DNA of 64,000 nucleotides, from the NCBI GenBank assembly GCA_963788655.1, contig CAWBHS010000011.1, positions 62,120-126,119 on the forward strand. The letters run 5' to 3'. The position numbers and the translations under genes are program-made. Of this stretch, positions 21,183 to 30,224 are shown in pieces. The first letter of the stretch is position 1. Each line of letters begins with the position of its first letter. This DNA comes from an uncultured Verrucomicrobiae bacterium (GTDB lineage: Bacteria > Verrucomicrobiota > Verrucomicrobiia > Limisphaerales > JAFGQR01). A model generated the notes under the pieces. The model saw only the letters and a program-made list of their open reading frames with translations. It was not told where the DNA came from and did not search any database.

Positions 21183-23115
21183 ATGAAACCTAATTTGTTG
21201 AGACATGTCCTGGCCTTCGCCTTGGTCGCGCTGGGCAGCGCGCCCGCCGCAGAAGCCTTTACCCCGGTGAAGATCATCCTCGATGTGGACTTGGCGGAAG
21301 ACGTGGATGACGCTGGCGCGCTGGCCACGCTGCACGCGTTGGCCAACTGCGGCGAGGCGGAAATACTCGGGATCATGGTCTCCTCGAAAAACGAGTGGGT
21401 GGCCCCGTGCTTGGATGCCATCAACACCTGGTATGGCCGGCCCGACCTGCCGATCGGCTACCAGCGCGGCCACCAATACGGCTACCGCAATCCCAACGAT
21501 CCGGATCGCGAGACGTCCTCCAAATATGCTGAGAAGGTGGCCAGGACTTTTCCGCACGATCTCAAGCGGAGCAGCGATGCGCCGGACGCAGCCCTTCTGT
21601 GTCGTAAGCTCCTTGCTACGCAGCCCGATCAAAGTGTCACCATCGTCACCGTCGGCTTTCTCACCAACTTACGGAACCTCCTCGACTCACGTCCTGACGA
21701 TTACAGCCCACTTGATGGCGAAGCCCTCGTAAAACAGAAGGTGAAGCAATGGGTTTGTATGGGTGGCATTTTTCCCAGCGGCCGGTTCCCCAACGGTCAG
21801 GGCGAGTACAATCTCATGTGGGACACCGTCGCGTCGGTGCGCGCCATCAATGACTGGCCCACGCCGGTAGTCTTTAGCGGCTTCGCCATTGGCGCCGCCA
21901 TCAAGGTGGGAGCGCGCCTGCGCGAAACGCCGGAGGCCAATCCCGTGCGCGCCTGTTATCAGCTTTACAACGGTCTGAACAATCGTGAAGCCTGGGACCT
22001 GACGGCGGTGCTCTATGCGGTGCGCGGTGCGAGCAACTACTGGAAGCTTTCCGAGCCTGGCCTTTGCCTGATGCACGCCCGGGTTCCGCACGGCTACAAC
22101 GAATGGATTCCCACGCCGCACAAGCAGCATCGTTATCTGCTGGAGGCCATGCCCCCGAAGGAGGTCGGCAACATTATTGAAGACCTCATGATCGCGCCGC
22201 CGCACTCCGGCAATCCGATTCTCCAAGGGTGGTATGCTGATCCAGAGGTGGTGGTGTTCGGCGATCGTTACTGGATTTATCCGACCTACTCGGCTCCGTC
22301 CAGATCAACAGGTGTTCTTCGATGCCTTTTCCTCCCCGGATCTCGTGCATTGGACCAAGCATCCGCGAATTCTCGACACGAACGAAGTGCGGTGGGCCCG
22401 GCGCGCGCTTTGGGCGCCCGCGGCGGTCGAGCGCACGGGGAAATACTATCTGTTCTTCGGAGCCAACGACGTGCATCAAGGTGAGATCGGTGGCATCGGG
22501 GTGGCCGTGGCCGATCGGCCCGAAGGACCGTTCAAAGACCTGCTGGGCAAGCCGCTGGTTGGCGACATTGTCAACGGCGCCCAACCCATCGACCAATTCG
22601 TGTTCCGCGATCAAGACGGTCAGGATTATCTGATTTACGGCGGCTGGTCGCACTGCAACATCGCGCGGCTCAAACCTGACTTCACCGGACTGCTGCCGTT
22701 CCCGGATGGTTCCGTTTTTAAAGAGATTACTCCCGATCGGTACGTCGAAGGGCCCTGGATGTTCCTTCGCGGCGACAAGTATTATTTCATGTGGTCCGAA
22801 GGCGGATGGACTGGACCGAATTATTCTGTCGCCTACGCCATTGGGGATTCACCTCTTGGCCCGTTCCAGCGCATTGGCAAAATCCTTCAGCAGGATCGCT
22901 CGGTGGCCACCGGCGCCGGCCATCATTCCGTGCTGCACGTGCCCCGTTCTGACGACTGGTACATCGTCTACCACCGCCGTCCGCTATCGGAAAGGGATGC
23001 GAACCACCGGGTAACCTGCATTGATCGCATGGAATTCGATGAGCAGGGCCGCATCAAGCCGGTTCAGATCACGCGTGAAGGGGTGGAGCGCCGACCCTTG
23101 CCGGCGGTTCCCTGA
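21183..23115 (+). CDS. Secreted fusion of a nucleoside hydrolase-like domain and a GH43 domain, frameshifted near 22300
   Basis: Signal peptide and IILDVDLAEDVDDAGA (IU-NH-like). The same ORF continues into NPILQGWYADPEV (GH43 start). ORF 22234..23115 carries LWAP, PIDQF, VEGPW and GAGHHS. Confidence 0.8.
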
Positions 23116-23145
23116 AGACTAACCACTTTCCAGGTTGAACGTCGG

Positions 23146-24876
23146 TCAAACCGACATTCGCTTGCGCAGATCGGCATAAAAGATCCGGGCGCGCTGCAAT
23201 CGTTCGCGCACACCTTTGGCCCGGTCGTCGTTGTGGTTGGCCAATTCGGCTTCGATCTTCGCGATGCCGGCAAGTTGCTTGTCAATGATGCGCGGCCCGA
23301 GCTTCGCATTCCACGTTGGCTGGGCCTTCACCACCACATAAACCGGCGTGGTGTGGGCCAGCGCGCCATTATCGCAAACAACCCCGGCCATGAGCCACTG
23401 ACTGTCCTCGATGACGTGTTCGAGTTCGATCGCCAGTTCGCTTTGGCCTTGAGCGCTCTTGACTTCTTTCACCACCCCCGCAGCGCTTTCAACCCGCAGT
23501 GCGGTGGGTAGGCCGACGCGAGCATGTCCGCGGGCGCGGGCGCGAATTTTCAAACGCGCACCTGCGGTTCGAGTCAACTCGGTGCCCGGCAATTCATCAT
23601 CCACGGTGAACTCGAGCGCCGGCCCGTTGCTCACGAACGTATGACCGGCTTTGAGATTCCGAAACCAGGCGTCCACGTCAAACGTCGGCCCGGTATGCAC
23701 ATAAGTTCGCACCTCGCCAATTGTCGAACCCCAGGGCGTGTCACTGCCGGCCGCGGCGGTCAGCCGGAAGCCCAGGTTCAGGTAGTCGATGTAATCCAAC
23801 CGGTTGAGCAGGCCGAACTGCAGCAGTTCAACGAAGTCAAGCTCACCCGTGGTTACGTACCAGGGGAAACCGCGGGGGAGGTCGCATCCGTTCCAGGCGA
23901 AGTGTGCGAATCCGACCAACGCGTCTTTTTGAGCGTGGATGCCGCGAAAGGTGACGTCATAAAAATCGTACGTCGTGGTGTCGCGCACCATGGATTGGAG
24001 ATTCAATCCAATGATATGACCGAACGTGCTGCGGGGATCCTCCTGGCCGGCGACCAGGGCGAAGTTGCCTCGCTGCACCCGGAAGGGCTGGCCAAATCCG
24101 GCCTGTTTGAAGGCCGTGCCCGTGTGATCGCCCATCTCCAAAAGGTTGACCAGATGCACGTCTTCGGCCACCGCGTACTGAATCAGGAACTCGCGCTGGG
24201 CCGGATCGACCGAGGGGTGATGGACATGCACGTCTCCCGACCACCAACCCTGGGCCGGGAGATCAATCCACCGGCGAAGCGGCAGCGTTTTCTTCACCTC
24301 GCCCCGACCGTTTACTTCGAACTCGTCAGCCACCGGGACGTATTCCATTCCATGACTGGCCCGGATTCGCCATTGGCCCGCCGGCAGATCGATGAGGAAG
24401 TGGCCCGAGGTTTGATAGATGACCGGCTCAGGCCAATACGGGATGGAAGGCCGCTTTTCATACACGTAGCTGCGGTCGTTGTTGTCGCCCGTGCCCTGCA
24501 TTTTGCGCACCGGCCCAATCCAGTTTGGGTCGGAATTGAATTTCACGCCGGAAATAAACTCCTGGACGGTGGAAGGACGAGTGGCGATCCGGCCATCGGG
24601 AGGCAGGCGGACTTCACCGGAGTTGGCGTTCGTGATGCACACCATGGCGGGCGTGGGCTGGCCGGTTTGTGTATCCTCGAGCCGAAAGCGGACGCGGGTG
24701 GTGTTCGCGGGCCGGACCCTGGACTCGTCCGCGAGGGCTGCGCCGCACGCGGCAATAAAGGATGGACCGGTGAGGATAACCCCGGCGCCGGCCAGGAAGC
24801 GCCGGCGGGTGAGGGTGGCATTGTTCACGATGGGCCGGTTCAACTCGATCCGCCGATAGTTAGGTTGGTTCTTCAT
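23146..24876 (-). CDS. Tat-exported CehA/McbA-like (PHP-fold) metallohydrolase
   Basis: Twin-arginine signal TRRRFLAGAG; GWWSGDVHVHH, FGHI, FAHF, LNLGFRLTAAAGSD, RTYV and GHTFVSNGP. Confidence 0.75.
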   Translation of the reverse strand: MKNQPNYRRIELNRPIVNNATLTRRRFLAGAGVILTGPSFIAACGAALADESRVRPANTTRVRFRLEDTQTGQPTPAMVCITNANSGEVRLPPDGRIATRPSTVQEFISGVKFNSDPNWIGPVRKMQGTGDNNDRSYVYEKRPSIPYWPEPVIYQTSGHFLIDLPAGQWRIRASHGMEYVPVADEFEVNGRGEVKKTLPLRRWIDLPAQGWWSGDVHVHHPSVDPAQREFLIQYAVAEDVHLVNLLEMGDHTGTAFKQAGFGQPFRVQRGNFALVAGQEDPRSTFGHIIGLNLQSMVRDTTTYDFYDVTFRGIHAQKDALVGFAHFAWNGCDLPRGFPWYVTTGELDFVELLQFGLLNRLDYIDYLNLGFRLTAAAGSDTPWGSTIGEVRTYVHTGPTFDVDAWFRNLKAGHTFVSNGPALEFTVDDELPGTELTRTAGARLKIRARARGHARVGLPTALRVESAAGVVKEVKSAQGQSELAIELEHVIEDSQWLMAGVVCDNGALAHTTPVYVVVKAQPTWNAKLGPRIIDKQLAGIAKIEAELANHNDDRAKGVRERLQRARIFYADLRKRMSV

Positions 24877-25123
24877 TTTGTTTCCGCGCTGATTTGCTCT
24901 GCCAACACCAGATATTCTGCCCGGAGTACGTTTGCGAACGTACGCTGCACTGTGGAGCCGCTCGAATTGATCGCCGCCCGAGGCCGCGTTCAGTGAGCCG
25001 GGATCCATTCACCGGGCATTGACGGGAGATTAATTGCGGCGATTCCCGGACTCAACTCCGAATGCAAGATGCCGCCGGGGTCTCCGATAGTATTGGAGCC
25101 GCATCCGCATCAATTCAGTTGGA

Positions 25124-25268
25124 GTAGCTGCGTTCGTGAGAACGCGGCTAACTGAGCGCGGTGAAAGCTGCTCCAGGCAATCCGGTCACTTTCCAGTGAC
25201 CAATGGGACGCTGCCGTTCGGGCGGTGGTTCTCTTTAAAGTCAGCCGCGTTCTCACGAACGCAGCCTC
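25124..25268. repeat. GTAG-type REP doublet, family D
   Basis: GTAGCTGCGTTCGTGAGAACGCGGCT ... AGCCGCGTTCTCACGAACGCAGC inverted arms, each itself a hairpin. Confidence 0.8.
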
Positions 25269-25296
25269 CGTCATTGCATCCACGGCCTGGGCTTTA

Positions 25297-25614
25297 TCAG
25301 CGATTATCGTCCACGCCGTAATATCGCGTGAGCAAAACCCGCAACTGCTCGCGGTTGACCAGGAAAAAACGGACCGAACGCCGCAGGATCGATTGCAGTT
25401 GCGCCATGACTTCCGGCGGCGTGTCTTTGGCCACAGCGATCCAGAGCGTGGCGCCGTGCAAGCCGACGGGCATCGCTTCGAAGCGCCGCGCCACCGTGCC
25501 GGGCAGGCATTGCAGCAGGCCGGTCGTGATTTCGAATTCCGACAAGTCCGCTTCCGTGGGCTTGGGGTCGATTCGAACGGTGCCGGCCAAAGGCTTCTGC
25601 GGCTTAAACTTCAT
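25297..25614 (-). CDS. Small stand-alone GspE/PilB N-terminal-domain-like protein
   Basis: DLSEFEITTGLLQCLPGTVARRFEAMPV...LWIAVA...QLRVLLTRYYG resembles the T2SSE_N domain; there is no ATPase domain. Confidence 0.6.
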   Translation of the reverse strand: MKFKPQKPLAGTVRIDPKPTEADLSEFEITTGLLQCLPGTVARRFEAMPVGLHGATLWIAVAKDTPPEVMAQLQSILRRSVRFFLVNREQLRVLLTRYYGVDDNR

Positions 25615-25739
25615 TGCGGATAGCTCAAGCTACCTAACGCCACCCTGGGAAGACAAGTTTCAATGGGTTGCAGACCCAATTTTGGGCTTCCCACGCGCAT
25701 CAGTTTGCCGCAACTTCAAAGCCATCAATTTGATTAACT

Positions 25740-27372
25740 ATGAAGAAGCCGACAACTTTGAAACCGCGTCACGTTTATTTAATGTCCAACGGCGACCTGC
25801 GCCTTTCCGCCAATCAGGTGTGCTGGGCGGAGCAAGCCAAGATGGAAGCACTGTTGACCCAAGCCCTCAAAGCCGAGGGCTGGACAGTTGTTCGCGCCCA
25901 TTCGTACCGATAAAAAGAAAAAGCACGGTTTCATCGATTCGCAGAAAATGGGCATGGCGGTTTTTCGCACGCTCGATCCGGACGCGCCGTTGATCGTGGC
26001 CGAAAGCGTGTGGCAATACAGCCATCACCTGCTGCACGGTTTGTTCACGCATCGTGGGCCGATTCTCACCGTGGCCAATTGGAGCGGTACTTGGCCGGGT
26101 TTGGTGGGCATGTTGAACTTGAACGGTTCGATGACCAAGGCCGGCATTCGCTACAGCACGCTGTGGAGCGAAAAGTTCACTGATCCCTATTTCAAGAACG
26201 GACTGCGCCAGTGGCTCACCACCGGGACGGTCACCCACGATCAGAGCCATGTGAAGGATTTAGCGCTGCTCAAACTGCCGGCCGCGGATGAAGCCCTGGG
26301 CCGGGAGGCCGGCCAGGAACTCAAACAGCAGAAAGCCATCATGGGCGTGTTCGATGAAGGATGCATGGGCATGTTCAACGCCATTATTCCCGATGAACTG
26401 CTGCACCCAACGGGCGTGTTTAAGGAACGCCTGAGCCAGTCCAGCCTGTATGCGGCCATGCAACAGGTCACGGACGCCGAGGCGCGCGACGCGTTGAATT
26501 GGTTGCTCAAAAAGGGCATGACGTTCAAGTGGGGTGCCGAGGAAGAAACCGAGTTGACGGAAAAGCAGACCCTCCAGCAGTGCAAAATGTACATCGCTGC
26601 GTTGCGGATCGCCGATGACTTTGGCTGTTCGACCATTGGGATTCAATACCAGCAAGGACTCAAGGATCTCGCTCCGGCGAGTGATCTGGCCGAAGGACTG
26701 TTGAACAATGTCGATCGGCCGCCGGTGAAAGCGGCGAAGTCGGCGCGGGGGTTGTTCGCGGGCGAGGCGCTGCCGCATTTCAACGAAGTGGACGAGTGCG
26801 CCGGGCTGGACGGATTGGTGACATATCGACTTTGGCGCAAGCTTGGGTTTGCGCCTGAAAACACGCTGCACGACTTGCGCTGGGGTCAGGCGTATCGCGG
26901 CAACGGAGTGAATGACTACGTTTGGGTGTTCTTGATTTCAGGTGCCGCGCCGCCGACGCACCATGTCGGTGGTTATAAAGGCACGAGCAGCGAGCGACAG
27001 CCGCCAATGTACTTCCGCTTGGGCGGTGGCTCGGTGAAAGGCGTTGCCAAGCCCGGTTGGATCGTTTGGAGCCGGGTATTCACCATGGACGGCAAATTGC
27101 ACTGCGACTTGGGCGTGGGCGAAGTCGTGAAATTGCCGCCGAAGGAAACTGAACGCCGTTGGCGCGAAACCACGCCACAATGGCCGATCATGCACGCCGT
27201 GTTACAAAACATTAGTCGTGACCAGATGATGGCCCGGCACAAGTCCAATCACATTCAGGTGGTCTATGCCCCCAACGAAAAGCAGGCCCACCGCGCCTGC
27301 CGGATCAAGGCCGCGATGATGGCGGAACTGGGCCTCGAGGTGCATTTGTGCGGGAAGGTGGAACTGCAATAA
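25740..27372 (+). CDS. L-fucose isomerase-like protein, frameshifted near 25900
   Basis: MKKPTT...[14 protein letters not shown] joins [12 protein letters not shown]; also [37 protein letters not shown] and SNHIQV. Confidence 0.75.
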
Positions 27373-27393
27373 ACTGCATAAATTCAAAAGATG

Positions 27394-27547
27394 GTAGCGG
27401 CGGAATTGCCGTTCCGCCCCGCGCCTGAAGTGTATTCGCGCAAGCCGAACGTTAGCGAGCGGTTACCGAACAGCGAACGAAGAGCACCGGCGTTCGCGGC
27501 CCATAATTTCCTGAAGCCCCAGGGGGGGCGCAGCATCACCGCCCTGC
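27394..27547. repeat. Degenerate GTAG-type REP doublet, family E
   Basis: GTAGCGGCGGAATTGCCGTTCCGCC hairpin and a distal GGGCGCAGCATCACCGCCCTGC arm between convergent genes. Confidence 0.45.
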
Positions 27548-27566
27548 CTCGGTTGAACAGGTTTGG

Positions 27567-28021
27567 TTAAATCTGATCCTCCGTCGAAATCCTGGCCAGA
27601 TCGGCTGCATCTTGCGCACGGGCCGCAGCTTGTTTGTTGCGAATGAGCAGTTCCTTGCTGATAACCGGCACGGGCAGATCGTCGATAATGGCTTCGACCT
27701 TGCTGGCCCAGGCTTCGACAAACTCGACGCCATCGATGGAAGTCAGCAAGTCAATGCGATAGGGGGACGGCCCAATTGAACCACGATGCCCGCTTCCAGA
27801 AAATCCGACCCTTTAAGTCCGAGACTGCCAAAGCCGAATTGGTTCAAAACGTTGGTGAGCTTGGCGGCATTGTCGGGTGAGCGTTCGACAAAGAAATCGA
27901 TGTCACCCGTAAAACGGGGATAGCCGTGGTAAGCGACGGCATGTCCTCCAACGAGGACGCACTTAACTCCCGTGGAGTTTAGCAATGCGATAAACTCGCG
28001 CAAATCCTTGCTCAGCTTCAT
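27567..28021 (-). CDS. Predicted nucleotidyltransferase (DUF6036-like), frameshifted near 27755
   Basis: VLVGGHAVAYHGYPRFTGDIDFFV (GG...DxD motif), continuing into LLTSIDGVEF...LIRNKQAAARAQDAADL. Confidence 0.75.
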
Positions 28022-28151
28022 CAGTCTGCCCCTGCTTCAACAATTCAAAGAAGATTTCCATTCGCTGCTCGGGCGTCAGGGAAAGGTAATAGTCCTTTTC
28101 CGATTGCTCAGCTTCGGCATGCGAACGGAACTTTTGAACCACGATTTCCAC
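27963..28151 (-). CDS. Small hypothetical protein overlapping the nucleotidyltransferase start
   Basis: ~62 aa from GTG at 28151: EIVVQKFRSHAEAEQSEKDYYLSLTPEQRMEIFFELL...FARVYRIAKL. Confidence 0.65.
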   Translation of the reverse strand: MEIVVQKFRSHAEAEQSEKDYYLSLTPEQRMEIFFELLKQGQTDEAEQGFARVYRIAKLHGS

Positions 28152-28262
28152 ACACTCAGCATACCGATCACGGATGGGCTTCGCCAGTCCTATCGCCAGT
28201 TTGTTTGCTTGGCTTGCTGGCACCGTTGCGCTTCAATCGTGCCGCAAACACCAGTATTGATC

Positions 28263-29876
28263 ATGCCTGAAACCACTTTGCTGAACGCGAAACCGCCGCG
28301 ACGGATTCATGCCGTGGCCGAAGATCTGGGCTTGAACCCGGACACCATCCTCCCGCACGGCCATTACATCGCCAAGATTCCCATCGAGGAACTGACCGCG
28401 CGCCAGGATCAACCCGATGGCCGGTTGATCCTCGTGACGGCCATGAGCCCAACCCCGCAAGGGGAGGGTAAAACCACGACGACGATTGGCTTGGCGGATG
28501 CCTTGCGTCACTTGGGCAAGCGCACCATGTTCTGCGTGCGCGAACCGTCGTTGGGCCCCTACTTCGGCATCAAAGGCGGCGGCACCGGCGCCGGCAAAGC
28601 CCAGGTCGTACCCGCCGAAGACATCAACCTTCATTTCGTGGGTGACATGTATGCCGTGACCAAGGCCAACAATTTGCTGGCGGCTTTGGTGGACAATCAT
28701 CTGCAACACGGCAACGAACTGGGCATCGATCCTCGGCGAATCAAATTGCGGCGGGTGATCGATCTGAATGATCGCGCCTTGCGGGACATCATCATCGGAC
28801 TGGGCGGCGTCAAACACGGCGTGCCCCGTCCGGATGGATTCAACATCACGCCGGCTTCCGAAGTGATGGCGATCTTGTGCCTGGCGCGGGATTATGTGGA
28901 TCTCGGGAAACGAATGAGCAACATGGTGGCCGCGTTCACTTACAAGGGCGAACCGATCCATGCGCGCGACGTCGAAGCCGCCGGGGCCATGCAGGTCTTG
29001 ATGCGCGATGCCATTCACCCGAACCTGGTGCAATCGCTGGAAGGCACGCCCGCATTCGTTCATGGCGGACCGTTTGCAAACATTGCGCAGGGTACCAACA
29101 CGGCGGTTTCCACCCGTTTGGCGTTGAAGCTGGCGGATTACGTCGTCACCGAAGCCGGCTTTGCCACGGACCTGGGCGCGGAGAAGTTCTTCCACATCAA
29201 GTGCCGTTCGGCGGGCCTCAAGCCAGCGGCGGCAGTCATTGTGGCGACGGCCAAAGCGGTGGCGTACCACGGAGGATTCACTGCTCGTGGTGGTTTCGGG
29301 AACTTGGCCAAGCATATCGAAAACGTCCGGGCGTTCGGCATCGAACCCGTGGTGGCGTTGAACCATTTTGCGGAGGACAATCCGGCGGACTTGAAGCGGA
29401 TTATCCGGTTCTGCGCCCGCCAAAAGGTTGAAGCTGTGTTGGCGGATCACTTCTTCCGCGGTGGGTTGGGAGCGGTGGACCTGGCGGAGGCGGTCTTGCG
29501 CGCCATCGAGAAGAATCGCCGGCGCAAGTTCCGGTTCCTGTATGCGCTTGACGATTCCCTCCAATGCAAGATCGGTATCCTGGCGCGGCAGTTGTACGGC
29601 GCGGAGGGCGTGGATTACAACCGCACTGCCGAAACCGATTTGGACTTATTGAGCCGACACGGTTACGACAAAATGCCGGTGTGTATCGCCAAGACGCCGT
29701 TGTCGCTATCGGACACGCCGGGCTTGCGGGGGCGGCCGAAGGGTTTTCGGATTACCGTCAACGAATTGCGTGTCGCCGCGGGTGCCGGATTTGTCGTGGC
29801 CATCTGCGGGAACATTGTCACGATGCCGGGCCTGCCCAAAGTGCCGGCCGCCAGTAAATTCAAGCTGGTGGAGTGA
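28263..29876 (+). CDS. fhs: Formate--tetrahydrofolate ligase
   Basis: Motifs TPQGEGKTTTTIGL, REPSLGPYFGIKGG, HGGPFANIA, VTEAGF, CIAKTPLSLSD and TMPGLPKVPAA. Confidence 0.95.
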   Translation: MPETTLLNAKPPRRIHAVAEDLGLNPDTILPHGHYIAKIPIEELTARQDQPDGRLILVTAMSPTPQGEGKTTTTIGLADALRHLGKRTMFCVREPSLGPYFGIKGGGTGAGKAQVVPAEDINLHFVGDMYAVTKANNLLAALVDNHLQHGNELGIDPRRIKLRRVIDLNDRALRDIIIGLGGVKHGVPRPDGFNITPASEVMAILCLARDYVDLGKRMSNMVAAFTYKGEPIHARDVEAAGAMQVLMRDAIHPNLVQSLEGTPAFVHGGPFANIAQGTNTAVSTRLALKLADYVVTEAGFATDLGAEKFFHIKCRSAGLKPAAAVIVATAKAVAYHGGFTARGGFGNLAKHIENVRAFGIEPVVALNHFAEDNPADLKRIIRFCARQKVEAVLADHFFRGGLGAVDLAEAVLRAIEKNRRRKFRFLYALDDSLQCKIGILARQLYGAEGVDYNRTAETDLDLLSRHGYDKMPVCIAKTPLSLSDTPGLRGRPKGFRITVNELRVAAGAGFVVAICGNIVTMPGLPKVPAASKFKLVE

Positions 29877-29945
29877 GGCGCGTCGGCGGTGGGAATGGGT
29901 TGCCAAAGCATACCGATTTAGTTGCAAAAGGGAGCGCGCCCCCCC

Positions 29946-30087
29946 TGGGTGCCACCAACCTCGTAGCAGCGGAGGTGAGCCCGCTCACTCTTTTCACTTC
30001 GGAGAAAGTCAGAGCAGACTCACGTCTGCTGCTACGTGATCCGACGCTTTGACCGCAATGCGCGATAACTATCTGAAAGTGTCGCTG
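29946..30087. repeat. REP doublet family C with conserved flank, copy 2
   Basis: GTAGCAGCGGAGGTGAGCCCGCT ... AGCAGACTCACGTCTGCTGCTAC (29963-30035); homologous to 13751-13877. Confidence 0.75.
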
Positions 30088-30224
30088 TGATGTCAGCCGC
30101 GGTAGTGCGTGCGGATGAAGGCATCCGCGCTCCAGAAAACGGTGACTATGGCGCCAGCATCAATGATGCGATGTCGTCTACAGCCAGCCCTCCGGCCGAC
30201 CCCGTCGCCAAGGTTCCCCCCGCT

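Noticed and set aside
23524..24996. Long antisense ORFs (also 28233..29564, 46523..47851, 31785..32867, 7913..8947)
   Set aside because: They are shadow ORFs opposite well-supported genes, as expected in high-GC DNA.
29874..29921. TGA read-through or selenocysteine at the slightly short fhs C-terminus
   Set aside because: The sequence after the TGA does not resemble the Fhs tail and I see no SECIS-like hairpin.
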